Shown here in pieces: positions 8,864-19,167 of a stretch of DNA of 40,620 nucleotides. Position 1 is the stretch's first letter. Each line of letters opens with the position of its first letter. The DNA comes from Promethearchaeota archaeon. GTDB taxonomy: Archaea > Asgardarchaeota > Lokiarchaeia > Sigyniarchaeales > SOKP01. The stretch spans positions 1 through 40,620 of the forward strand of contig JBHLON010000030.1 of NCBI GenBank assembly GCA_048940445.1, given 5' to 3'. Both the position numbers and the translations under genes were made by a program. Below the pieces are notes generated by a model, which did no database searches, was not told where the DNA came from, and worked only from the letters and a program-made list of their open reading frames with translations.

Positions 8864-10066
8864 ATGAGTTCGAATATAGGTCCAGAAGCGGAAGCAGCTT
8901 ATCAAAAATATCTAGATGCCACCACCTTAGATGAAAAGATTAAAAAGCTGGAAGAGTTTATCTCTTTGGTACCGAAACATAAAGCTACCGAAAAGATTGT
9001 AGCTTTAAATAAATCACGTCTAGCAAAGCTAAAGAGAGAGCAAGAAGAGCAAAGAATTAGGCAAAAAATTACAGCCAAAGTGATAAGTCCTTTTTCAATT
9101 AAAAAAGAAAATATTCAGGTAATCTTAATAAGTGATTATTACACACCCGGTGCAGGTAAAACATCACTATTAAATTTTCTAACTGGAGCAGCAGAAGAAA
9201 AAATAGGCAAGTTCACCTCGTTACCTGAAATAGGTATTTATGAATACGATAAAATTCGCTATCAAATAGTTGATATGCCTTCAATAATGGAAGGTGCTTC
9301 TAATGGAATTGGGAATGGCAAAGAAATACTTTCTCAATTAAGAGCTTGCGATCTAATATGTTTTTGTATTGATTTATCTCGAGATTATAATTCTCAGCTA
9401 AATTTATTGATTAGTGAGTTAAATAAAGCAAATATACGTTTAAATATACAACCACCACCAATAACAATCGAGAAGACAGGTTCAAATAAGATACAAATAT
9501 TTTTTCTCACTCCCGAAGCAAAAGAATCTGATGAATTTTTGGAATTAACGGAAAAGATAAAAGAAATAGTAGCTGTGAATGGACTGAGAAATGCAGTTGT
9601 TAAGATCTTTGGTGAGATAACTCTTGATCAAGTAGTTGACGCATTAAATCCTTCTGTTGCATTTAAAAAAGCGATAATTATTGGAACTAAAGGAGATTTA
9701 CCAGGTACTAAAAAAAAGTTTGAAAAATTAAAAAAATTATATATAAAAACGTTTCCAATAATAATTGGATCCAGTATTCCGAAAAAAGAATTCCCCGATA
9801 ATTTTGGAGAATTAATTTTAAAAATTCTGGGAAAAGTAAAAGTCTATACTATGCATAAGGGAGTAGTTGCTGAAAAACCTTTAATTGTAGACTCTGAACC
9901 AAACATGCCTAAAATTAGAGACATCGCCCAAAAAATACATAAAAGTTTCTATGAAAAATTTGATCATGCTATAGTAATTAGAGAATCAGAACGCCAAAAA
10001 CGAAAGAAAGTAGGACTCGATTATGAATTAAAAAATAATGATATTATAGAACTATTTACTAAATAG
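8864..10066 (+). CDS. DRG/OBG-family GTPase with C-terminal TGS domain (degenerate G motifs)
   Basis: N-terminal PKHKATEK...RLAKLK helical hairpin, GAGKTS, QIVDMPSIMEGAS.G.GNG, TGS IAQKIH...VGLDYEL.NNDIIE. Confidence 0.9.
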   Translation: MSSNIGPEAEAAYQKYLDATTLDEKIKKLEEFISLVPKHKATEKIVALNKSRLAKLKREQEEQRIRQKITAKVISPFSIKKENIQVILISDYYTPGAGKTSLLNFLTGAAEEKIGKFTSLPEIGIYEYDKIRYQIVDMPSIMEGASNGIGNGKEILSQLRACDLICFCIDLSRDYNSQLNLLISELNKANIRLNIQPPPITIEKTGSNKIQIFFLTPEAKESDEFLELTEKIKEIVAVNGLRNAVVKIFGEITLDQVVDALNPSVAFKKAIIIGTKGDLPGTKKKFEKLKKLYIKTFPIIIGSSIPKKEFPDNFGELILKILGKVKVYTMHKGVVAEKPLIVDSEPNMPKIRDIAQKIHKSFYEKFDHAIVIRESERQKRKKVGLDYELKNNDIIELFTK

Positions 10067-12749
10067 AGAGAGGATTTCGTATTTTCTCTATAATATTAGG
10101 TATTTCTTTAATTTGATCTTCATATATCAAATCTAGTTTTGGAATTCCATTTAAAATGTTTAAAATACTTTCAAATGAATAAATCAAATTTTCTAAATAA
10201 TCAATGATATCGCCTTTAAAAATTTGTATCTTATATTCCTCTTCAAAAACTTTACTGATTTCATCTACAGAGAGATTCTTATTAATTCTAAATGATAATA
10301 ACATTCTTTCTAAGTTCTTTCTCCCACAATCACAATAAGGGTTATCCTTACAATCACAATTAAAGATTTCATTCACCCATTTTACAATAAATTCAATAAA
10401 TTCATTTGAAAATTTTTTTCTTTTTCTTACATAGTCTGCATTCATCAAAGATAAGACACTGGAACTAAAAAAATTATTACTAAAATATTTCATGTTAATA
10501 TTTTTTGATAAATCTGAAACGACTTTTTTAGATAAATAAACATTCTTTAATGGCTTTAATTCGAGTACAATATTTATGATATTCTCAGCTTTTAGTCTTA
10601 GAAGTTCAATAATTTCTAAACTTTTTTCGATAGTTAAAAACGATTTTGATACAGCTCGTCCTAATTGAGTCGCAATATAATTAGAATCTTCAGTTAATAA
10701 AATTAATTTCAGTGTTATTAACTTTTTTAGTAACAATTCTATTTCATAATCTGAATTTATTAGGTATTTATTAAATTCATAAATTCTCTCCTTGGTCGTT
10801 CCTTTATTAAACATTGAAATAAATCCAAGTAATTCTGTCATTGATTTATCTTCAACGGGTTCTAATTCAAAATCTTTTATTTTTCCATTTAACAATTTAA
10901 TTGCTATATTTTCTTCAGTAAGTTTCATTTTAGGTACATAAATTTTTTCAGGTTCAACAAGTAAATATGCATAACCAACATCATGTTTTCCTAATCTTCC
11001 TGCTCGACCTAACATCTGTTCAAATTCTGCAACTGTTAAAATTTTTATTCCCATTGCTAAAGACTCAAATATTACTTGCTTAGCAGGAAAATCAACTCCC
11101 GCAGCTAAAGCAGCAGTAGCCACTACCGCTGAAATCTTCTGGTTTTGAAAATCCATTTCAATAATCTTTCTTTCTTCGCTAGTTAATCCAGAATGGTATG
11201 CCCTTGTAGTGATATCTCTTTTATTGAGAAATGTTGCTAGGGACTCACATTTTTTCCGTGAATTTGTAAAAACAATAGATTGACCCCTAAAACCATAGCT
11301 AGATTTCTCGGAAAAAGCTGATCGAATCAACTTTATTATGAATTTATGTTTTAGACTTTCATTTAAACATAAAACCAAATGTCTTTCGACAGGTACGGGC
11401 CTATTATTGTACTTAATTAATTTTCCATCTAATTTTTTAGCTAAAATTTCTGGAGCTCCAATCGTAGCGCTTAAATATAAAAATTGTACATTTCCATAGT
11501 TCACTTTTAATCTTGCTATTAATCCGTCTAATAGATAACCTCTGTCTAAATCAGTTAAAGTTTGAATCTCATCAATGACTATAGTACCTATGTCTCCTAA
11601 TAGTTCTTTATTTCCACCTCTTAATAGAAAGTCAATGGCTTCATAGGTTGCAATGATAATGTTTGCGTCTATTAATTCTTCTAAATTAAGAGTTTCAGTT
11701 TTATCTAATAGTGATTCTCCAATTTTTTTAATAATCTTTAAATTTAGGTCTTTATATTTTTTCTCGAATTCCTCTGTTCTTACGTTTGCTAAAGCTACAA
11801 TCGGGACCAAATATAACATTTTAAGGCTTTTAGTTAAAATTTTTGAAATTCCAGCAATTTCACCTATCAACGTTTTACCCGAAGATGTTGGAGCCATAAC
11901 GATTTGATTTTCATATTTACTTAAAAGTCCTCTTTCAATTGAGATTGCTTGAATTGGAAGTAATTTATTGATTCCCTGGGTTTTTAATATTGTTATCAAT
12001 TTCTTTGGTATTAAGAGATCATTGATAGGGTAATTTATGTATTTTTTATTGAGTGGAGGACTTTTTTCAATATCATATAAAGTAGCTTCTCTATTTTTTA
12101 CTGGATTAAAATCTGTTTTAAAAGCATTTAAGACTTTATCAATATTTTTAAATTTTAAAATCATATGATTAAAAAAATTTTTAAGTTTTGGATTGACCCT
12201 CCCAGCTGAAATCAATCCGATAATTTTTGCTCGATTTAGCACAAGTTCTAAGGCGCAATCGGAACAAATAATTTGATTTTGATGTGTTTTAATTTGTTGA
12301 TTTTTATTTAAGATATTAAATTCCTTCTTTTCTAAACATGATTTACAAAATGTTAAATTAATTATTTTTTCATTTTTAATTTGGAAGCTTTTTAACATTT
12401 TCCCTACTTGCCGGAAATCCTGGGGATTGGTTTGGTTTGAAAAAGCTATAAACTGCATTTTTTCAGAGATTAGAAATTTTTTGAATACTTTTGGATCAAC
12501 AGGTTCTATATTGCCAACGCTTAATATTTTAGTGAAAGATAAAGGGCGAAACTTATTTTTAAAATCTAAACCAAAGAGAACAGTTCCTCTAAAGAAAGGA
12601 GTTTTAACGTAAGTGATTGATTGAGTCTTCTTATTAAAAGATTTTAAATAGAAAAGGTTAATATTGAAACAATTTTCTTCTTTACTTTCTAAATTTTTAT
12701 CCAACACTAGAAAAAATTTTCTCTTAATAACGCTCAATAAAATCTTCAC
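10059..12749 (-). CDS. Archaeal Ski2-like DEAD/DEAH-box helicase (ASH-Ski2/DUF5814 type)
   Basis: Q motif LLPIQ, APTSSGKT, VPIVALAN, DEIQ, LSATI, TAALAAGVDFP, QMLGRAGR; N-terminal CxxC..CxxC; C-terminal CDCKDNPYCDCG. Confidence 0.9.
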   Translation of the reverse strand: MKILLSVIKRKFFLVLDKNLESKEENCFNINLFYLKSFNKKTQSITYVKTPFFRGTVLFGLDFKNKFRPLSFTKILSVGNIEPVDPKVFKKFLISEKMQFIAFSNQTNPQDFRQVGKMLKSFQIKNEKIINLTFCKSCLEKKEFNILNKNQQIKTHQNQIICSDCALELVLNRAKIIGLISAGRVNPKLKNFFNHMILKFKNIDKVLNAFKTDFNPVKNREATLYDIEKSPPLNKKYINYPINDLLIPKKLITILKTQGINKLLPIQAISIERGLLSKYENQIVMAPTSSGKTLIGEIAGISKILTKSLKMLYLVPIVALANVRTEEFEKKYKDLNLKIIKKIGESLLDKTETLNLEELIDANIIIATYEAIDFLLRGGNKELLGDIGTIVIDEIQTLTDLDRGYLLDGLIARLKVNYGNVQFLYLSATIGAPEILAKKLDGKLIKYNNRPVPVERHLVLCLNESLKHKFIIKLIRSAFSEKSSYGFRGQSIVFTNSRKKCESLATFLNKRDITTRAYHSGLTSEERKIIEMDFQNQKISAVVATAALAAGVDFPAKQVIFESLAMGIKILTVAEFEQMLGRAGRLGKHDVGYAYLLVEPEKIYVPKMKLTEENIAIKLLNGKIKDFELEPVEDKSMTELLGFISMFNKGTTKERIYEFNKYLINSDYEIELLLKKLITLKLILLTEDSNYIATQLGRAVSKSFLTIEKSLEIIELLRLKAENIINIVLELKPLKNVYLSKKVVSDLSKNINMKYFSNNFFSSSVLSLMNADYVRKRKKFSNEFIEFIVKWVNEIFNCDCKDNPYCDCGRKNLERMLLSFRINKNLSVDEISKVFEEEYKIQIFKGDIIDYLENLIYSFESILNILNGIPKLDLIYEDQIKEIPNIIEKIRNPLSI

Positions 12750-12852
12750 TTATATTTCAATTTCAATAGAAAAAATGAAAATAGATAAATCAATTTTTCT
12801 CTAAATTTAATAAATATGAGTTAAAAAAGGTTTTAAAATCAAGAAATAATAA

Positions 12853-13014
12853 TTAGAAGCCAAAAATTTCCTTAATTTTATCATATACTTCCTTAATTTG
12901 TCTGAGTTTAGTTTCATCTCCTTGATTCAAAAAGTGCTCAATCCATTGAGCAAGCCCATTAGACTCAATCCATTGTTTAAAGTATTCAACAGCTTGGCGA
13001 TCTTCAGCAGACAT
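12853..13014 (-). CDS. 53-aa helical microprotein
   Basis: Not in the ORF track: MSAEDRQAVEYFKQWIESNGLAQWIEHFLNQGDETKLRQIKEVYDKIKEIFGF*. Higher GC than its flanks; AAGGA upstream. Confidence 0.75.
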   Translation of the reverse strand: MSAEDRQAVEYFKQWIESNGLAQWIEHFLNQGDETKLRQIKEVYDKIKEIFGF

Positions 13015-13132
13015 TTTTTTTTCCTTTTTTTTTATTTCTATATAAAATTATAAATTATTCTATTTTAATTGTTTCTAGTTTTAAAATAACCTTAAATGTT
13101 TCACATAAATAAAATTAGTTATTTTTTTAATC

Positions 13133-13155
13133 AACAAACTTATTTTTTGTTTGTT
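13133..13155. terminator. Short inverted repeat (AACAAAC-N9-GTTTGTT) downstream of the GH20 gene
   Basis: aacaaacttattttttgtttgtt about 65 nt after the stop at 13218. Confidence 0.3.
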
Positions 13156-13217
13156 ATAATTACTCAAAATTAAAATTTTAAATTCAATTTTGATTACTTT
13201 TGCTTTATGATTAAAAT

Positions 13218-15815
13218 TTATTCAATTATGTCGTAGCGATTCAATAATTTAATAAAAATTTTTAACAGCCAGAACAGTTTTTTAGGGGCTTTTGAAATCC
13301 AGTAATTAAAACTTGCGATAAAGTCATTTTCCTTTGATGATAATCCCTTTAAAAAATTAGGATAATTTAGTCCTCCCGTTATTTTCGGAGGGCTTCCTAA
13401 GCTCTTTGCATTCCTCCACTTACCCTCTAAATTTCTTCTTCCTGACCACGATTTATCGCTTTTCAATATAATAATATTTTCAGATCCAGTTTTGATCTCA
13501 CCATAAACATTGAGTAGCCCGATACCCCCTATAAAATCCGTGTTTTCTATTATAAAAGTATTCTCTCCTTTTCGTAAAAACCTTTTTATATCAAAAATTT
13601 GAATGTTATTTTCCAAAGTAACAAAATTAAGAGAATATCTTGTTATTGTGTAGCCGACAAATAAATCATTTATATAGATCTTGGCAAACGTCCCTGCAAT
13701 AACTTGAATATAAGCTTGATCTACTTCATCATTAATTTGAATAATTTTTTTATAGTATGTTTTATGTGAATTATGTATTTGCTTAGAGTTGTAATATATA
13801 GATTCACTAGGAATATTAGGATTTACCCACTCCTCGTTATTTTCAATTTCAGATATCTTGTCATTGTAAAATTTAATTAACCAAAGATATCTCTGTTCAA
13901 TTCCTTGAAATCCATCTTCCTTTGCGCACTGAAGCCAAATTGACTTATATTCTGTTAAAATTGCTTTTAGATTTATAATTAATCCATTTAACTCTTCAAC
14001 CTTTTTCTTTTTTAATTCAAGTTTTCCTTTTCGTGGGCGAAAATCAACAAGTTTCTTTGAATTTAAACGCTTTAAGCAATAAAATCTTATATGTTTAAAT
14101 ACAAATCCAATACTTCTAATATTTATTTTATTTTTAACAACCATTTCTTCTAAATTTTTACAATTATCAATATTTTTATCTAAATCTTCAAGTAGGTGAT
14201 TAAATTTTGTAGTTTTAATGTTCCGTTTATATATTGAACTTTTTTTATTATAAGGATGGCTAAAAAAATGGATATAATAAGAAGATTCACGAGTGTGTAG
14301 ATTATTATTATCTTGAATGCCTCTTAATGAGCCAAATACCTTTATTAAATCTTTATGAATTATCCCAAAAAAGTGTAAAAACAAACCTTTCCAAAACTTA
14401 ATCTTATCTACTGATTTATTGGGGTTCCATCCAATTTCTGCTGAATATATAAATCCATATACTTTATTTTCTCGTATCTCTTTATTCTTATAATCGCCCC
14501 AACTAGAGGTGACCTCTCCAATTATATTTTTACTATAGCCATAATTGATTAAATTAGTGATATTTTTTTCTGATTTTGTAAATGATGGAAATATTCTGTT
14601 GTAATCCATAATTGAAGGACATACCAGTATTGGATAACCATAATTACTTATAACATCTACGACTGGATGTTTTTCTCTTATGTTATATTTCCAGTACATG
14701 ACAATCATATCTTTTGGTAATTTTTCTAAAACTTTTTCATATTTATAAAGAATATCATGATAAATTATGATTTTCTTATATCCATGTTTTTTAACGATAT
14801 CATAGACTTTTTGATAATGCTTAAGATATGCTTCTTCAATCCCAACTTTTTCAATATAATTCTTTGAAGCATATTTACCAACATCTGTACTTTCATCAGC
14901 AGCGATATGAAAATAATCAGACTTAAAGACTTCACTTAACTCTTTAATCATACCATCTAGTAAATGATATATCTCATTATTAGCCAAATTTAAGCTATTA
15001 GAACCGGGAAACTCACCATAACTCCAATAATCTTGATAATTCAATATGTTATCCCAATGTCCAGTTGTTTGAAAAATAGGAATAAGTTCAACAAAATGCT
15101 TTCTTGCGAATTCAAATACTTCTCCAATTTCTTCTTTTGAATAAGAACCTCTCCCTTCCGAAATTTTGGGATGATCTTTAAATTTAAACATATCTTGCAT
15201 ATAAACTAAATAATAATGATTAATCTTAAAGTGGCTTAGTTCTTCTATAAATTTCTTTAAATTACTAATTGTTGCAGCTTGACCTCTTGAAATGTCATCA
15301 GATACACCTCTTATCTCTAGCAACGGAAAATCAATGATTATTACTTCATTTATAGACAATTTACTCGGTGTAGAATTCATTAATTGGAATAGAGTTTGAA
15401 TTCCATAATACAAACCTTGCTCAGAGTCTGCCTCAATAACTGTTTTAGTTTCTTTAGATAATAGGCTATAGCCTTGTTTAATTTTAAGCTCATTACTCAT
15501 AACTGCTTTAATGTCTAAATCAGGAAAGACTTCATTACATTCTTCAGAAACTTGACCTTTATTAGATAAATCGTCTATGCTTTTACATTTCTTAATTTTG
15601 ACATCAATATCACTTTTAACACTTCTTATTTTATCATTAAACTGCTCAATGATAAAATCAAATTCATCTGGTAGATTAGTTAATACGGTAATTTGATTGT
15701 CAAAATTCAATAAAACATCACTAATTAACTTAAAATATTGAACCTTAGGTATAAGGTATATTTCTGTTGATACTACATTAGTCTTTATTAAATTTTCCAA
15801 GCAGAAAAAAAACAT
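13218..15815 (-). CDS. GH20-family beta-N-acetylhexosaminidase-like protein with C-terminal beta-sandwich domain
   Basis: GH20b domain (QGYSL...[12 protein letters not shown]), D.P...[21 protein letters not shown], catalytic FHIAADE, WKY, SSWGD. No signal peptide. Confidence 0.88.
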   Translation of the reverse strand: MFFFCLENLIKTNVVSTEIYLIPKVQYFKLISDVLLNFDNQITVLTNLPDEFDFIIEQFNDKIRSVKSDIDVKIKKCKSIDDLSNKGQVSEECNEVFPDLDIKAVMSNELKIKQGYSLLSKETKTVIEADSEQGLYYGIQTLFQLMNSTPSKLSINEVIIIDFPLLEIRGVSDDISRGQAATISNLKKFIEELSHFKINHYYLVYMQDMFKFKDHPKISEGRGSYSKEEIGEVFEFARKHFVELIPIFQTTGHWDNILNYQDYWSYGEFPGSNSLNLANNEIYHLLDGMIKELSEVFKSDYFHIAADESTDVGKYASKNYIEKVGIEEAYLKHYQKVYDIVKKHGYKKIIIYHDILYKYEKVLEKLPKDMIVMYWKYNIREKHPVVDVISNYGYPILVCPSIMDYNRIFPSFTKSEKNITNLINYGYSKNIIGEVTSSWGDYKNKEIRENKVYGFIYSAEIGWNPNKSVDKIKFWKGLFLHFFGIIHKDLIKVFGSLRGIQDNNNLHTRESSYYIHFFSHPYNKKSSIYKRNIKTTKFNHLLEDLDKNIDNCKNLEEMVVKNKINIRSIGFVFKHIRFYCLKRLNSKKLVDFRPRKGKLELKKKKVEELNGLIINLKAILTEYKSIWLQCAKEDGFQGIEQRYLWLIKFYNDKISEIENNEEWVNPNIPSESIYYNSKQIHNSHKTYYKKIIQINDEVDQAYIQVIAGTFAKIYINDLFVGYTITRYSLNFVTLENNIQIFDIKRFLRKGENTFIIENTDFIGGIGLLNVYGEIKTGSENIIILKSDKSWSGRRNLEGKWRNAKSLGSPPKITGGLNYPNFLKGLSSKENDFIASFNYWISKAPKKLFWLLKIFIKLLNRYDIIE

Positions 15816-16107
15816 ATAATTAAATCATTTAATAACCTAAAAAAATTTATTTAAAAGTGTTGAAACAGGGTTCTTAATCTATTTGAGAACTATTATTCAT
15901 ACTAAAATAATAAACTTGCTTCTCTTTTAATATTCTCTTTAACCTTTTCTTCGATCCCGATTTGGATATCAACTGAGTTTATTTTTTTCTTAAAAGAGAA
16001 CTTGATCTATTCTCGAAAATAAATTTTAATCAGGAATTCCTCATCTATTCTCTATAAATACAACTCATATATCAAAAGATTTATAAAGAATTAAAATATA
16101 TCTAGGT

Positions 16108-16755
16108 TTGAACTTATATAAGTTTGAACTTATAATTATTTTAAATATGATAAGAATGCCTATAGATCAAAAAGAAAGAAACTTTCTTGGATATTTTTTA
16201 CCTAATAAACCCATAATTATTGCTATAATCGCTATTTTTGCAGCTTTAACAAGTGCTTTAACATTTATTGTGCCAATCACAATTCCAGCTACACAAGGAT
16301 ACATTAACTTAGGAGATATTGGAGTCATGATTTCGGGGATTCTATTTGGCCCATTAATTGGGGGTATGGCAGGTGGAATTGGGTCTGCTTTGACAGATAT
16401 AATTCTTGCTCCTATATATGCTATCCCAACGTTAATTATAAAAGGTTTAGAAGGCTTTATTGTAGGATTTATAGCTGATCCAAGAAAATATTATAAGAAA
16501 ATAAATTTTCGTGATATTCTTGCTGTTATATTAGGAGGTTCATTAATGGCGTATGGCTACTTTTTGACCGAAATTTATTTATATGGATTCCCAAGCGCTT
16601 TATTTGAGCTTTTCTTAAATGTGACAATTCAATTTGGGTTAGCTGCTGTAGTTGCATTACTCTTTACCAAATTTGCTAGGAAAAACATTATAATTAACTT
16701 ACCATATGTATTTGATAAGATATTTATTTCAGAAGTTTTATCAGAAGACGCTTAA
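16108..16755 (+). CDS. ECF transporter substrate-binding S component
   Basis: AIFAAL (AxxxA), IPATQGYINLGD, GGIGSALTD, PTLIIKGLEG; about 6 TM. Start may be a downstream ATG. Confidence 0.88.
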   Translation: MNLYKFELIIILNMIRMPIDQKERNFLGYFLPNKPIIIAIIAIFAALTSALTFIVPITIPATQGYINLGDIGVMISGILFGPLIGGMAGGIGSALTDIILAPIYAIPTLIIKGLEGFIVGFIADPRKYYKKINFRDILAVILGGSLMAYGYFLTEIYLYGFPSALFELFLNVTIQFGLAAVVALLFTKFARKNIIINLPYVFDKIFISEVLSEDA

Positions 16756-16855
16756 CGCGATTCTATTGATTTTATTTAAATATCTAAGATTCCAATTCCA
16801 TCTTATCATTTTATTAATTTTAAAGTAGCTTCTGATATAATCTTCAGAGTTATTT

Positions 16856-18286
16856 TTAAAATAAGTGTATAAGCGTTTCTAAAGCATCTAATACTTTTTT
16901 TCCATTTTCAGTAATCCTATAATACACATTCTTTCCACTTTTTTCCCTCGAGATTAATTCTTTTTCTTCTAGTTCTTTTAAATGTTGATAAACAGCAGCT
17001 ACACTGATAGATCCTAACATATCTTTGATTTTTGTTCCGTAGATTCCTTTTTTACCAGCCAAAGAAATTTGAGTTAATATTTTTAGTTTCGTACTTAATA
17101 AACTTCCCATCCCCGCGGTTTTAGTCCTGGAGGATAGAGCATCTAATACATAGGGAGCTTTTAAACCACTTCCTGTTATAATACATACTATCTTATCATT
17201 AGGATTGAACATTTCTTGTTGATTTAAGGTCTGTAAAGCCGCTAAAGTTAAAGCTGATGAGGGTTCAGCAAAAATCCCTTCATTTCTAATCAATTCATCG
17301 ATTGAATTTAAAATTAAGTTTTCAGGAATAGCTATTGAAGTACCATTAGTTTCGTTTATGCATCTAATTGCTAAATCTTTAAACATGGGTTTTTTTACAA
17401 GAATTCCCAATGCAATTGACTTTAAGATATCTCCTTCTTCGCTTTCTTTATTTTTTCGTTGAAAAAAACTGTCTACTATAGGAGAAGATATTTGAGATTG
17501 TACTCCTATTAACTTTGGGACCTCCTGGATCATATTTGCTTTCTTAAGCTCATTATAACCTTTCCATAAGCTCACTAATAGCTCTCCGCTTCCCATAGGA
17601 ACTATAATCCAGTCTGGGACTCCTAATTGATGATAAAGCTCAAATGCAATAGTTTTTTGAGCTTCGATTGTAAGAGGATTATACTCACTTGTACATTGAT
17701 AGTAATCATTATATTTTTTATCTAAAGCTAATCTGATCGCATCATCAATAAGATCACCACTAACAATAATTTCTGAATTATATGCAATCATCTGAGCCTT
17801 TTTTCCAATATCGATTTCATGTGGAATAATATTTACACAATTAATATCTTCTAATGAGGCATAAGCTGCAATCGAAGCGCCTTGATTTCCATTAGATGCA
17901 CATACTACTTTATTATATTCCCAACTTCTTGCATGCGATATTAACAATGCAGCGGATCTATCTTTAAATGAGTTTGTAGGATTTTGAGTTTCATCCTTGA
18001 AAAATAAATTTTTAAGACTCAAAATTTGCCCAATTCGTTCGGATTCTTTGCATTGAGTCCCTCCCTCTCTTTTATCTAAGGTAACTATAAATTCTTTATC
18101 TATCTGTGGAAAAGCGAAATAGAAGTCCCAAAAAGTATTCAAGGGCTTATTAAAATTTTCCTTGTAATCCTGAATTTTTGGTATGAACCATAATAAACTT
18201 CCACATTGGGGACATTTATGAATAATTGTATTAAGTTCATATTTCTTATCACAATTACTACAAGTTAAAATTATAGGTTTCCGAAT
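16856..18286 (-). CDS. Threonine synthase-like PLP enzyme (fold type II) with N-terminal Zn ribbon, fused to a C-terminal winged-helix domain
   Basis: NPTNSFKDR (PLP Lys), ASNGNQGAS, EAQKT, VPMGSG, EPSSA, ITGSGLK; wHTH SVAAVYQHLKELEEKELI...YYRITENG. The frame extends 48 codons upstream of the track start through CSNC...CPQCG to ATT 18286. Confidence 0.85.
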   Translation of the reverse strand: MRKPIILTCSNCDKKYELNTIIHKCPQCGSLLWFIPKIQDYKENFNKPLNTFWDFYFAFPQIDKEFIVTLDKREGGTQCKESERIGQILSLKNLFFKDETQNPTNSFKDRSAALLISHARSWEYNKVVCASNGNQGASIAAYASLEDINCVNIIPHEIDIGKKAQMIAYNSEIIVSGDLIDDAIRLALDKKYNDYYQCTSEYNPLTIEAQKTIAFELYHQLGVPDWIIVPMGSGELLVSLWKGYNELKKANMIQEVPKLIGVQSQISSPIVDSFFQRKNKESEEGDILKSIALGILVKKPMFKDLAIRCINETNGTSIAIPENLILNSIDELIRNEGIFAEPSSALTLAALQTLNQQEMFNPNDKIVCIITGSGLKAPYVLDALSSRTKTAGMGSLLSTKLKILTQISLAGKKGIYGTKIKDMLGSISVAAVYQHLKELEEKELISREKSGKNVYYRITENGKKVLDALETLIHLF

Positions 18287-18337
18287 GCCAAACTACCCTC
18301 TAATTTACTTTACATTGAAAGACATTATCTATATTTA

Positions 18338-18826
18338 CTACTTCTCTAAGGCTTCATTGGACGTGTATGCAACAATTATTCTCCCAAAGAATAGATGATG
18401 AGATGCCATACTTCCCGATTTGCATGAATGGACTATTTTACATTCATAATTTAATATGCAATCTTTTATTGTTGGAACTTTAACTTTATTTCCTGCAATT
18501 ATCTCAAGTCCTGCTTTTTTAAATTTATTAATATTCCTACCTGAATATGAACCTGTGATATTTATTGCGTTTTCAATTTTATGAGATGGTATATTGACAG
18601 TAAATTCATTCAAGCCTTCCATTAATAATTTAAAAGTATACCTTGAGGGAGATACTGCTACTGTAATAACTGGAATCCCCCATAGTTCTCCGATTGTTTT
18701 CCATAACAATGCCATTACATTTGGATTTCCTTCTTTATCTGCTGTAACAAGAAGAGCGGCTTTAGACATGAATTCATTCATATGTTCATAGGGGCCTATT
18801 TCAAACCTATTTAGCAACATTATCAT
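18338..18826 (-). CDS. Flavin reductase-like (flavoredoxin/DIM6-NTAB) protein
   Basis: PNVM, VSPSRYT, EFTVNIP, GSYSGR..NKF, P.I......EC, HHLFFG. Start moved to ATG 18826 (or 18820) to avoid overlap with the upstream gene. Confidence 0.88.
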   Translation of the reverse strand: MIMLLNRFEIGPYEHMNEFMSKAALLVTADKEGNPNVMALLWKTIGELWGIPVITVAVSPSRYTFKLLMEGLNEFTVNIPSHKIENAINITGSYSGRNINKFKKAGLEIIAGNKVKVPTIKDCILNYECKIVHSCKSGSMASHHLFFGRIIVAYTSNEALEK

Positions 18827-18842
18827 CTTTACAATACTATTT

Positions 18843-19082
18843 TTATGGTTCAAAAGGCTCATCATGTATGACTTTATCAATTGCGTCTAGACATGCTTCT
18901 TCCCAATCATCATCAGGGTTTATACTTTTGCAACAGTCTGGACACCAATCATCTGGATAGCCAGAATCCCAATCTTCCTCCTCTAGATTACCGTTTAACA
19001 TGCTTCCACAATAAAAGCAAACACTCTCATCATATCTGTCCAGAATTTCCGAAATCAGTTTTATTTTCCTTTTTGAATTCAT
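18843..19082 (-). CDS. Small acidic zinc-finger-like protein
   Basis: CFYC...WCPDCC...C; very D/E-rich; same strand and tightly spaced with its neighbours. Confidence 0.75.
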   Translation of the reverse strand: MNSKRKIKLISEILDRYDESVCFYCGSMLNGNLEEEDWDSGYPDDWCPDCCKSINPDDDWEEACLDAIDKVIHDEPFEP

Positions 19083-19167
19083 TTTCTATTATTCATTTCA
19101 TTGGTTATTATAAAAATATATTCTTATTTTATTAATAAAAAGAAGGAATTAATATCCTATTTCTTGG

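Noticed and set aside
11653-12612. + strand ORFs 11653..11907 and 12427..12612
   Set aside because: Antisense within the helicase gene; no motifs.
15874-16050. Short minus-strand frames and an ATCTATTCTC direct repeat in the GH20/ECF spacer
   Set aside because: Frames are only about 30 codons with no good start context; a 10-nt repeat is unremarkable in AT-rich DNA.
18930-18950. WCPDC as a TRP14-type thioredoxin active site
   Set aside because: The protein is too short and lacks thioredoxin-fold elements; pairing with CFYC as a metal site is more parsimonious.
18594-19135. + strand ORFs 18594..18791 and 18881..19135
   Set aside because: Antisense to the flavin reductase and Zn-finger genes.
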